Shown piece after piece: positions 7,858 through 16,725 of a DNA stretch of 29,090 nucleotides; position 1 is the first letter of the stretch; the number at the start of each line of letters is the position of its first letter. The notes beneath the pieces were generated by a model. It was not told the DNA's origin and ran no database searches. It worked only from the letters and a program-made list of their open reading frames with translations. The stretch lies in the sequence record SRR20825019_2970. One strand, given 5' to 3'. A program made the translations under genes and the position numbers.

Positions 7858-8469
7858 ATGGAAAACCTGCTTACCTTTTTTGATGTTGTTGGCATTTTTG
7901 TTTTTGCCATTTCTGGCGCGCTTGCCGCCGTCAGAAGCGGAATGGACCTCTTTGGCATTATGGTCATGTCGCTGATGCCCGCAGTGGGTGGCGGCACGCT
8001 GAGGGACCTGATCCTCGACCAGCCGGTTTTCTGGGTTGAGGGCACACAGACGATCTATATCGCTTTCGCAGCGGCTGGCTTAACCTTCTTTTTTTCCAAA
8101 TACCTGGCGGGGCGCAGGCTCACGTGGCTCACCTGGGCGGATGCGGTTGGCCTTGCGCTTTTCTGTGTGGTGGGGGCTGAAAAAGCGCTGGACGTCACCG
8201 GCAGCATGTTGATCGCCACCATGATGGGCGTGGTGACGGGGGCCGCAGGCGGCATCATCCGCGATATCATCTGTAACGAAATCCCGCTGGTGATGAAAAA
8301 GGGCGAGATATACGCGACCGCAGCTTTCCTCGGTGCGGGCTCGTTTTGCCTTCTAACCTACGTTGGCGTTTCCGGGCCAATCGCGCTTTGGCTTGCCATG
8401 GGCGCGGCCTTCCTCGCGCGTGCCGGTGGCATTCTTAAGGGCTGGACCCTGCCTGAAGCGTTGCACTAG
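7858..8469 (+). CDS. UPF0126 / trimeric intracellular cation channel (YadS/YicG-like) membrane protein
   Basis: Two internal repeats: FAISGALAA...GGGTLRDLIL and DAVGLALF...AGGIIRDIICNEIP, then EIYATAA. Confidence 0.92.
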   Translation: MENLLTFFDVVGIFVFAISGALAAVRSGMDLFGIMVMSLMPAVGGGTLRDLILDQPVFWVEGTQTIYIAFAAAGLTFFFSKYLAGRRLTWLTWADAVGLALFCVVGAEKALDVTGSMLIATMMGVVTGAAGGIIRDIICNEIPLVMKKGEIYATAAFLGAGSFCLLTYVGVSGPIALWLAMGAAFLARAGGILKGWTLPEALH

Positions 8470-8501
8470 AAGGCACTCAGGCACAGCCGCGAAAAGCGAC
8501 C

Positions 8502-9809
8502 TCAAACCTGCAATTTCTTTTCGATTTCGTGAACACGCGACAGTAGGGTTTCTTGGTCAACCGGGTCTGAAAGTTTGTTGTTGGCGACGCGTTTTACAAA
8601 TTCGGTGTGATGCGCAATGGCTTTGCGCTCTCCTTTTCGGCCTGCGCACGAGGCCAGTATAGCGAGTGACTTACTCAGGTGCATCAGCACCGGAAACTGG
8701 CTTTCGCCGTTCTGGCGAATGGCATGAAAAGCTTCGTTCATCATGTCACCGAAGCGTTTGGGCGTGATCAGCAGACGGGTGGTGTCTGTCTCGTCCTTAT
8801 AGCCAATCACCGGTGGTTTTGAGCGCAGGACTAGCACGAGCGCATCGGTCAGGTGGTCCATGCAGGTGAGCGCGGTGAAATAATCATTGATGCCGGGTGA
8901 AAGCGCGCGTGCCGCAATCTCGGTTAAGCCATTGATCGCATAGTCGATATCCTGATTTGGTGTGCGAACCGGGCCAAGGTTTATGGCGCCGTTTATCCTG
9001 TCATCAATACTGTCATCCCCCGCAGGCGGCCGATAAACACGGGCCACCTCGGTATCGCAGATGACATAATCCCCGACCTCCACCAGAATGGCGATCTGCA
9101 TGTCGTTGTTTGCCGCCATATGATAGAGCGTGACGAGGTCCAGCGTTCGTACATAACCACTTGCGTTTGAGCAGACAGAGCGCCCCTGTTTTGTGTGGTC
9201 TGCCTTCTTCTCACCGTCCCGAATGATTGATGCGCCGCTGATTTCGCACGCTGCTTCGCGCTCCCGGATTGCCTTGTTAAGCGACCGGCTTACCCGCGCC
9301 ACCGTGTTGTCAGCCTGAATGTTCTGCGCGATGTGGTGGATAAAATATATCAGCCACGCGAAGCTGATCAGTGTGAGCAGGAACACCAGTGTAATGGAAA
9401 TTTCAGGCACACCAGCGCTATCGCTGACGGCGCGCAGGGTCAGCAGTGAAAAGAGGAAGGTGGCGATAAAAAGCCCCATGGTGGTTTGCACCACAATGTC
9501 GCTCATGAAAATGTTCAGGAGCCTTGGGCCAAGCTGTGAAGACGCGAGGGTCAGCGCAATAAGCGTGAGGGAAAACACCAAGCTGGTGACGGTGATCATT
9601 GATCCCGCAATGGTGGACAGGAAGAGCCGCGCCCCGTCAACACCAATGTCGTAGCTCCACTTGATGTTGCGGATCATTTCACCCCACTCGCTCTGGTCAA
9701 GCGCAAGAGATGACACTGAAAGCACAAAAGCAGCGATCGCCATAACGGCTGGTACGAACCAGAAACTTGTCCGTAGTCGGTTCCAGATATACCTGAAATT
9801 GGTCAACAT
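8502..9809 (-). CDS. DUF2254 family membrane protein
   Basis: SFWFVP, LSTIAGSMITVTSLVFSLTLIALTLASSQLGPRLL and IAARALSPGIND motifs; four N-terminal TM segments plus a soluble domain. Confidence 0.88.
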   Translation of the reverse strand: MLTNFRYIWNRLRTSFWFVPAVMAIAAFVLSVSSLALDQSEWGEMIRNIKWSYDIGVDGARLFLSTIAGSMITVTSLVFSLTLIALTLASSQLGPRLLNIFMSDIVVQTTMGLFIATFLFSLLTLRAVSDSAGVPEISITLVFLLTLISFAWLIYFIHHIAQNIQADNTVARVSRSLNKAIREREAACEISGASIIRDGEKKADHTKQGRSVCSNASGYVRTLDLVTLYHMAANNDMQIAILVEVGDYVICDTEVARVYRPPAGDDSIDDRINGAINLGPVRTPNQDIDYAINGLTEIAARALSPGINDYFTALTCMDHLTDALVLVLRSKPPVIGYKDETDTTRLLITPKRFGDMMNEAFHAIRQNGESQFPVLMHLSKSLAILASCAGRKGERKAIAHHTEFVKRVANNKLSDPVDQETLLSRVHEIEKKLQV

Positions 9810-9934
9810 ATTCGGATGGCCTTTGCGACAATGGAGCTAAGGGCAGTGCCCGAGTTTGGCACAGCCTTGAGCGTCTGCATAGGGCTGCCTATACCAAGGT
9901 GCAGATTGATAGCAGGCGCGATTTTCAAGGCTTG

Positions 9935-11023
9935 TTAGAAGCTGAGTATATGCCCGTCGCGTGGTTTCGCGCGGCCTTCAAGGGTTTCCATGTATATGTT
10001 TTCAATGGCTTTCTGGCCCTTGTGGTGCTTCACATCCACCCAAGCGGCTGCTTTGTCAATGAAGCCTGCCCATGCCTCTCCGGTGCGTTTCTGGAAGCCT
10101 TCAGGCCCCCACTCCTGCATGCGTTTCTGGCCCTGTGAGGGCGCGAAAAAGAGCTGGGGTTTGGCGCCCGGCAGGTCGCCCCCGCCGCCCATTTCTTCCC
10201 AGTGCGATGCCCCAACGGAGCAGCTGTAGACCAGATTATCGCCAAAATTTGTGTGCACCCGGGCACGGATATCGGTGCTGCCTGCCATGTCTACATAAAC
10301 CGTTGGCACGCTGCCATCCAGCGTTTCGATGTCGTCATAGGTGACGATTTTGTCATAAAAACCAAGGCCTTGCGTGAAGGCCGCATTGCCCTTCGAGGTG
10401 AGGCCGATCACCTTTAAATCCGGTCGTTTGGCGGCCAGGTAGGCTGCACAATAAGCAGTTTTGCTGGAGGCGCTGGAGAAGATCACCTGCGCCGCGCCGA
10501 AGGTCTCATTCTCCGCCAGAAAATCATCGATCAGGAAGGATGTCATGAAAAGCGGACGATAGAGCGCCTGCAGGTCCTCACCATCCTGAGTGTAGCTCGG
10601 GTCCGTCGTCACATTCACATAAAGATTATATATTACAGGGAGTTGTGCGCGGTGCGCCGCGCCGTCCATAAACCCTGATGGGCTGACTTTGGCAGGTGAT
10701 ACCACCACATGGCTCGACATCGGGTAATAGCCATAATAGCGCGACCCAACGGAAATACCATCGTGTTTTGAGGCCACAACATCAGCAAAGCCCCACACAG
10801 GGATTTTGCCAAAGCCTTGATCGGACGGGAAAAATTCCCAATACCGCATGCGGTCGCCCATCGCGGCATAGGTAATATTGTTTGCGGTAAAGGCGAAACG
10901 GTCGACCGCCAAACGCACCTCGCCATCCTTCAACTCAGGCAAGGCAGTCTCTAAAAATTCATGATCTTTAAGAGACTGTTTTTTAACAATAAAATCATGA
11001 TTGATGATGGTGTCAGATGTCAT
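9935..11023 (-). CDS. DUF2855 family protein (MDR/oxidoreductase-like fold)
   Basis: FAFTANNITYA, YWEFFP, IPVWGFA, PLFMTSFLIDD, SASSKTA and FFAP motifs. Confidence 0.88.
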   Translation of the reverse strand: MTSDTIINHDFIVKKQSLKDHEFLETALPELKDGEVRLAVDRFAFTANNITYAAMGDRMRYWEFFPSDQGFGKIPVWGFADVVASKHDGISVGSRYYGYYPMSSHVVVSPAKVSPSGFMDGAAHRAQLPVIYNLYVNVTTDPSYTQDGEDLQALYRPLFMTSFLIDDFLAENETFGAAQVIFSSASSKTAYCAAYLAAKRPDLKVIGLTSKGNAAFTQGLGFYDKIVTYDDIETLDGSVPTVYVDMAGSTDIRARVHTNFGDNLVYSCSVGASHWEEMGGGGDLPGAKPQLFFAPSQGQKRMQEWGPEGFQKRTGEAWAGFIDKAAAWVDVKHHKGQKAIENIYMETLEGRAKPRDGHILSF

Positions 11024-11107
11024 GCTGATGCCTTCCCCCGCAAGAGTGTCTTACCCCTAAGCTGGGGCGATTTGGCCTGAGTTCAATCTGGAAAATCGCA
11101 CTCTGAT

Positions 11108-11185
11108 GTGTGGCGCAGGTGCGGCGAAAGTGTGCGTGAATCTGTGGCGCGAGTGTGCGCGAAAGTGCGGCGTGGGTGTGGCGTG
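11108..11185. repeat. Degenerate tandem array of seven 10-12-bp units (consensus ~GTGYGGCGNRR)
   Basis: GTGTGGCGCAG / GTGCGGCGAAA / GTGTGCGTGAAT / CTGTGGCGCGA / GTGTGCGCGAAA / GTGCGGCGTGG / GTGTGGCGTG, contiguous. Confidence 0.75.
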
Positions 11186-11279
11186 CCTTCGCTACACTGC
11201 GTTTCCTGAAATAGGGGCTTTAATCAAACCTCCGCAGTGGGCATAATAACCGTTAACTAGGGCAACAGGATTTCTGAAT

Positions 11280-12104
11280 ATGGATTTATTCTCTGAAGAA
11301 ACGCCGTCACTTGACGTGATCATGGCGTATGGCATCGATATGGGGCTCACCCTCCTTGGCGCCTTTTTAGTACTTCTGCTGGGTTTGTGGTTTGCCGGTT
11401 TTGTCGAGCGTCGGCTTGAGAAGCTTTTCGAGAAAAGCGACAAGGTCGACAGCACCGTTGGTGCTTTCCTTGCGAGCCTCGGCAAATACGCGGTTATCGT
11501 TTTCACCGGCATTGCCCTTCTGGGCCAGTTCGGGGTTGAAACCACGAGCCTTGTTGCTGTTGTTGGTGCCGCGGGCCTTGCCATTGGTCTTGCGCTGCAG
11601 GGCACGCTCTCGAACCTTGCCGCTGGTGTGATGCTCTTGATCTTCCGGCCGTTCAAAATCGGGCAATTTGTGGAAGTGGCAGGCCAAAGCGGCACGGTAA
11701 AAGCCATTTCGCTTTTCATGACCAAGATGGATACGGCGGATAATGTGCGTATCACCATCCCGAACAACTCGGTTTGGGGCAGCGCGATCCGCAACTTCAA
11801 CTATCATGATATCCGCAGGCTTCAGATCGTTTACGGCATCTCCTACGACGATAATATCGATAAGGCGATGGACATCATCCGCGCGGTTATCGCGGAAGAC
11901 GAGCGTTGCCTGAAGGAACCTGAAGTGGTGATCGCGGTTACATCTCTCGGGGAAAGCTCGGTCGATGTGATGGTGCGCGTCTGGTGCGCGTCAGGTGACT
12001 TCTGGGCGCTGAACTGGCACCTGTTGAAAACGGTGAAAGAACGGTTTGATGAAAACGATATTTCCATCCCGTTCCCGTGCAGGACGATATACAAAGGCGA
12101 CTGA
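11280..12104 (+). CDS. mscS: Small-conductance mechanosensitive channel
   Basis: TTSLVAVVGAAGLAIGLALQGTLSNLAAGV, FRPFKIGQFVE, IPN and ISIPFP motifs; 274 aa, canonical size. Confidence 0.95.
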   Translation: MDLFSEETPSLDVIMAYGIDMGLTLLGAFLVLLLGLWFAGFVERRLEKLFEKSDKVDSTVGAFLASLGKYAVIVFTGIALLGQFGVETTSLVAVVGAAGLAIGLALQGTLSNLAAGVMLLIFRPFKIGQFVEVAGQSGTVKAISLFMTKMDTADNVRITIPNNSVWGSAIRNFNYHDIRRLQIVYGISYDDNIDKAMDIIRAVIAEDERCLKEPEVVIAVTSLGESSVDVMVRVWCASGDFWALNWHLLKTVKERFDENDISIPFPCRTIYKGD

Positions 12105-12125
12105 TTGTTGCTTATATGAAACACC

Positions 12126-12160
12126 GAAAAACGGGGGCCTTTGGTCCCCGTTTTCTTTTT
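12126..12160 (+). terminator. Intrinsic terminator after mscS
   Basis: aaaacgggggcc-ttt-ggtccccgtttt followed by cttttt. Confidence 0.85.
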
Positions 12161-12282
12161 GGGGTTTTTGCATCAATCCGTATTGACCGCAGCCCTTCGG
12201 CCTTGTCTTATACCCACCGTGCGCGGCTTTTGGGCAATAGGGCTGCACACCCAAAAAAACAGAATAAAACCTGGAGGGGGAT

Positions 12283-14400
12283 ATGATCAGATCAGTTCTT
12301 AAATCAAGCGTTGCGGTAACAGCGCTTCTGCTGGCCGCATGCGGTAGTTCAGACGACAATGCTTCGAATGACAATGCCTCAGGCGACGCTGCTGGTAAAG
12401 CTGCCACAGAGATGCAGGCGTCCGCCAACACGTCACCTGCTATTGGTGACTGGGGTGTAGACCTCACTGCGCGTGATGAAGCTGTCACACCCGGTAACGA
12501 CTTTTTCAATTACGCCAACGGCACCTGGATGGCGAAGCATGATATCCCGTCAGACCGCAGCAGCTACGGTGTGGGCCTTATTGTGCATGAACGCGCGCAG
12601 GAGCGGGTGAAGGCAATCATTGAAGAGCTTGGCGCCAAGGGCGGCGAAAAAGGTACGCCTGAGCAGAAAGTGGGCGACTATTACGCCAGCTGGATGGATA
12701 CCGCCACGCTTAATGAACTTGGCGCAGCACCCTTGCAAGCAGACCTTGACCGTATCGCTGCAATCTCTGATCTCACCGGCCTGACGGAAGAATTTGGCCG
12801 GGCCAATTATGTGGGTGGCAACCGGGTGATCACGGCCGGGCTGGGTATCGACCCGCGCGACCCCAATAAATATAACCTGAACATCGGTCTTGGCGGCATG
12901 GGCCTGCCGGACCGGGATTATTACCTTGAGGATAACGAGCGCTTCAACACCATTCGCAAAGCTTACAAAGACCATATTGCCGAGATGCTGACGCTTGCGG
13001 GCATTGAGGATGGCACTGCCAAGGCAGAAGCGATTATGGCGCTTGAAACCAAGGTGGCGGAATTGCAGTGGATCAGGGCGGACCGGCGTGACCGGGATAA
13101 AACCTTCAACCCCACCACCGTGGCGAAACTGAGTGAAGATTACCCCGGTTTTGATTGGGGCCTTTATCTCAATACCGGCGGCATTGAAGGCCTTGAGGAA
13201 ATCAATGTCAGCCATCCGGATACCATTAATCCGCTGATTGCGCTTCTCTCAAGCGAAGAGCTGGATACATGGAAGGCTTACCTGAGCTATCACCTGATCT
13301 CCAACAACGCGGCTGTGCTGTCTGAAGAGATTGACGATGCCAACTTCCGTTTCTGGGGTGGGATTATCCGCGGGCAGGAGCAACAGCTTGACCGCTGGAA
13401 GCGCGGTGTCTCCCGTGTGGGTGCCAAAACTGGCCTTGGTGAAGCCTTGGGCCAGATTTATGTGAAGCGCCACTTCCCGGAAAGCTCAAAAGCCAAAATG
13501 GAAGTGCTGGTTGAAAACCTGCGCAAAGCGTACGGAGAGCGCATCGATACCTTGCCGTGGATGGGCGATGATACCAAGGTGGAAGCCCGCGCCAAGCTTG
13601 CCGCCTTCCGCGCCAAAATCGGCTATCCGGATAACTGGATGGATCTGGGCGGGATCGAGATCGACCGCGCCGACCTGTTTGGTAACGCACGCCGCATCAC
13701 CAAATTCTTTGAAGACTTTGACGTGGCACGCCTCAAGCGCGCGACCGACAAGGAAGAATGGTTCATGATGCCGCAAACCGTGAACGCTTATTATCTCTCA
13801 AACTTCAACGAGATTGTGTTCCCGGCGGCTATTCTTGAAGCACCGTTTTTTGACCCGAACGCAGATCCGGCCGTGAACTATGGTGCCATTGGGGCCATCA
13901 TCGGGCACGAAATGGGCCATGGTTTTGACGATCAGGGCTCCAAGTCTGACGCGCAGGGCATCAAACGCAACTGGTGGACAGATGCGGACCGCGAAGCGTT
14001 CGAGAGCCGCACCAAAGTGCTGGGTGACCAGTTCTCAAGCTATGAAGCGGTGCCGGGTGCCTTTGTAGACGGCAGCTTCACCATGGGTGAAAATATCGGT
14101 GACCTCGGCGGCGTTGAGGTGGCTTACCTCGCCTACAAACTTTCGCTGAACGGAGAAGAAGCACCTGTGGTTGACGGCCTGACAGGCGACCAGCGCTTCT
14201 TCCTTGGATATGCGCAAGCATGGCGCACCAAGGTGCGGGATGAAGCCACCCTTGAGCGGCTGAAGTCTGACCCGCATTCCCCGGCCAAATACCGCGTGAA
14301 CGGCATCGTTCGCAACGTAGACGCCTGGTATGACGCCTTTGATGTGAAAGAGGGTGACGAGCTTTACATTGCACCGGAAGACAGGGTGAACATCTGGTAA
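12283..14400 (+). CDS. M13 family (neprilysin/PepO-like) zinc metallopeptidase, lipoprotein
   Basis: Lipobox LLAAC; DFFNYANGTW, VNAYY, NEIVFPAAIL, HEMGHGFDDQG, GENIGDLGG and DPHSP motifs; GGAGG RBS. Confidence 0.96.
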   Translation: MIRSVLKSSVAVTALLLAACGSSDDNASNDNASGDAAGKAATEMQASANTSPAIGDWGVDLTARDEAVTPGNDFFNYANGTWMAKHDIPSDRSSYGVGLIVHERAQERVKAIIEELGAKGGEKGTPEQKVGDYYASWMDTATLNELGAAPLQADLDRIAAISDLTGLTEEFGRANYVGGNRVITAGLGIDPRDPNKYNLNIGLGGMGLPDRDYYLEDNERFNTIRKAYKDHIAEMLTLAGIEDGTAKAEAIMALETKVAELQWIRADRRDRDKTFNPTTVAKLSEDYPGFDWGLYLNTGGIEGLEEINVSHPDTINPLIALLSSEELDTWKAYLSYHLISNNAAVLSEEIDDANFRFWGGIIRGQEQQLDRWKRGVSRVGAKTGLGEALGQIYVKRHFPESSKAKMEVLVENLRKAYGERIDTLPWMGDDTKVEARAKLAAFRAKIGYPDNWMDLGGIEIDRADLFGNARRITKFFEDFDVARLKRATDKEEWFMMPQTVNAYYLSNFNEIVFPAAILEAPFFDPNADPAVNYGAIGAIIGHEMGHGFDDQGSKSDAQGIKRNWWTDADREAFESRTKVLGDQFSSYEAVPGAFVDGSFTMGENIGDLGGVEVAYLAYKLSLNGEEAPVVDGLTGDQRFFLGYAQAWRTKVRDEATLERLKSDPHSPAKYRVNGIVRNVDAWYDAFDVKEGDELYIAPEDRVNIW

Positions 14401-14420
14401 ATGAGCTGACAATTCATGCG

Positions 14421-14451
14421 AAGGGTCGGGGTTTCCCCGGCCCTTTTGTTT
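14421..14451 (+). terminator. Intrinsic terminator after the M13 peptidase gene
   Basis: aagggtcgggg-ttt-ccccggccctt followed by ttgttt. Confidence 0.8.
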
Positions 14452-14558
14452 GGGCAGGTATTCAACTAAACGAGTGTCATACACCGTTCGTCGCGTAGGG
14501 CTGTCAGCCGGGCTTCATGCAGGTGATGGTGTGTGCATAAAATTAGATGGGGAATTTC

Positions 14559-15410
14559 ATGAACAGTATCCTACGTGCCGTTGCGTTGAGCGTTGGGCTC
14601 CTGACAAACTCAGGGCTGGCCTCTGCGCAGCAAATTGAAACCATTGAGCTCACAGACGATTTTTATATTTTGATCAGCAACGGCCTTGGGGCCAATGTCG
14701 GGGTGCAGGTAGGGCCAGACGGCCTGTTGCTGGTGGATACCATGATGGCCCGCGGGGATGAACAATTTGATGCGGCGCTGGCGGATATCTCGGATGCGCC
14801 GGTGCGTTATGTGCTTAACACCCATGAGCATATGGACCATAACTCTGGCAATGCGCGCTTTTCAGCTACTGGCGCCACCGTCGTTTATCATGCAGCTTCG
14901 CCTGATATGGTGTTGCCGCGTGAGGTGCGCTTTTCCGGCACGCTTTCCGACGAGATGGTGGGCACAGGCGTTGATATCTATACCGTGGTTTCACACACCA
15001 TGAATGACGCCATCATTCACCTGCCGGATGCAAATGTGATTTTCATGGGCGACACCTATGCCACTAACTGGCACCCGACATTTTATGGTGGGGGCCGGGA
15101 AGGGCAGCTTGGAGCCATAGATCTGGTGTTAAGCTTGTCTGACGAGAATACCACCATCGTACCTGGGCATGGCCCGGTGACAGGGACGGCAGGGCTTATC
15201 CTTTACCGGGATACCTTTACAGCGTGGCTGGGCCGCGTGCAGGAGTTGACAGAGGCTGGGCTGACGGAAGACCAGATGGCCGCCGACCCGGAGCTTCTGG
15301 ATATCTTCAGCCATTTCCAGCAGGAAGAGGGTGGCAGGCCGATCCCTGACAGCTCATACAGGCGGTTTATCCAGCGCACGATTGAGACGGAATTCACACC
15401 TGCTGGTTAG
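14559..15410 (+). CDS. Exported MBL-fold metallo-hydrolase (cyclase-like subgroup)
   Basis: Signal peptide (..LASA-QQ); LLVDT, NTHEHMDH (HxHxDH), SHT..D, FMGD and IVPGHG motifs. Start is 14559 or 14547. Confidence 0.9.
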   Translation: MNSILRAVALSVGLLTNSGLASAQQIETIELTDDFYILISNGLGANVGVQVGPDGLLLVDTMMARGDEQFDAALADISDAPVRYVLNTHEHMDHNSGNARFSATGATVVYHAASPDMVLPREVRFSGTLSDEMVGTGVDIYTVVSHTMNDAIIHLPDANVIFMGDTYATNWHPTFYGGGREGQLGAIDLVLSLSDENTTIVPGHGPVTGTAGLILYRDTFTAWLGRVQELTEAGLTEDQMAADPELLDIFSHFQQEEGGRPIPDSSYRRFIQRTIETEFTPAG

Positions 15411-15485
15411 CGTACGGTGTGATGAATTTACTACCGTATAACGTGCGCCTCTGCTAGCTTTGGCAAAGCGATTTGGAGGTGCTAC

Positions 15486-15953
15486 ATGCTCAGATATTCC
15501 CTGCCGGCGCTTATGCTTGGTGCGAGCCTGATATCGGGCTGTACCGGCCTTGGCGGCGCGTTCTGTGACAGTGACCACCCGGACCCACGGGTTGCCGCCA
15601 TGATGCGTGACAGCTGTGAGGGTAACCGGTTGGCATCCATGCAGCTTGGCCTGTGGCATGAAGGTAATGGGGATTACACAGAAGCTGCAAAGTATCTGGA
15701 AATCGCCTCAACCCCCTCAAGCGGGCGAAACTATGTTTATGTGCCACCGGCTGGCGACGTGCCGGGTTTCACCATGCCGGTTGATGGTGGTGGGCGGCAC
15801 GATGGGTTGCCCGAAGCACAATATAGGCTGGGCATGCTATATAAAACCGGGCAAGGCGTGCCGCAAAACACCAAAAAGGCGCGGAAATATTTCAAGCTGG
15901 CTGCAGAGCAGGGCCATAGCGCCGCGAAGCTTGAGTTGGCTAAGGCTGAATAG
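15486..15953 (+). CDS. Sel1-like repeat lipoprotein
   Basis: GGAGG RBS; lipobox LISGC; Sel1 repeat AQYRLGMLYKTGQGVPQNTKKARKYFKLAAEQGH. Confidence 0.88.
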   Translation: MLRYSLPALMLGASLISGCTGLGGAFCDSDHPDPRVAAMMRDSCEGNRLASMQLGLWHEGNGDYTEAAKYLEIASTPSSGRNYVYVPPAGDVPGFTMPVDGGGRHDGLPEAQYRLGMLYKTGQGVPQNTKKARKYFKLAAEQGHSAAKLELAKAE

Positions 15954-16725
15954 GCGCGGGGGCAGGTGGTTTGGGTTTTGTGCAAGTGAACAACAGTTCG
16001 CAGCGCAAAGCTGCCTTGAAGTAGGATTGCTTGATCTGGTCAATCTCGCCCGACAGACGCATTTCCGTTAGCACCGCAGCCAGCTTTTCTGTCACCGCAA
16101 GAGGCACATCGAGCGACGCCACCAGATATTGCTGCGGTGTGGGCCATGACTTGAGCACGAGAAGTTCATCCGCATTACCGCCGGATTGTTCATAAGCCCA
16201 GACACCGGGCAGGCCGCGCTGCATCCAGAGCGTGACACGGTTGGCCATCATCAGCCGGGCGCCGACTATCTCGTCTTCCACCAGCGTGATGTCGCGAAAG
16301 CCAAACGCCTGCGCTGAAAACTGCGCGGGCGATTCCATCCGCGCTGCGATGGGCAGGGAGGTCAGCGCTTCCATCGGTAACTTCGTGAGCGAGTGGTCTT
16401 TGGTGACAAGTTGCAGGAAAGAGATATTGACCGGCGCGACCCAGCGGTAAAGGGGTTCGCGCTCTTCAAGCCGGGTGAGCGGTGCCATAAAGCTGCTGCC
16501 ATTTTGCTGCACGGCGGCTTGCTCACGCTTCCACGGTGCATAAACAAATTCATGAGCTATGCCCGCGCGCCGGAAGGCCGTGCCGACGATATCAACAATA
16601 AAGCCGGTGTCGGTGTCTTCCTCGCCCCATGGTGGATTATCTGGCTGAAAAACCTTGTAGATACGCTTGTCCTCACCGGTGTCTTCAGCACCGGCGGGTA
16701 GTGCGCACAGCAGTAGCACCGCCAA
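15940..16725 (-). CDS. Periplasmic solute-binding protein, family 3 (amino-acid-type) fold; start uncertain
   Basis: DNPPW...TGFIVDIV..AF.RAGI...PWKR, LTRLEEREPLYRWVAP and MRLSGEIDQIKQSY motifs; signal-peptide h/c region LLLCALPAGA. Confidence 0.85.
   Translation of the reverse strand: MAVLLLCALPAGAEDTGEDKRIYKVFQPDNPPWGEEDTDTGFIVDIVGTAFRRAGIAHEFVYAPWKREQAAVQQNGSSFMAPLTRLEEREPLYRWVAPVNISFLQLVTKDHSLTKLPMEALTSLPIAARMESPAQFSAQAFGFRDITLVEDEIVGARLMMANRVTLWMQRGLPGVWAYEQSGGNADELLVLKSWPTPQQYLVASLDVPLAVTEKLAAVLTEMRLSGEIDQIKQSYFKAALRCELLFTCTKPKPPAPAPIQP

Noticed and set aside
9856..9872. TGGCAC motifs (here and at 22615) as sigma54 promoters
   Set aside because: No TTGC at the required -12 spacing, and both face away from the downstream gene starts.
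11108..11185. Possible mini-CRISPR array or short coding repeat
   Set aside because: Units are 10-12 bp, contiguous and without spacers; no cas genes and no credible ORF. Kept only as a tandem array.
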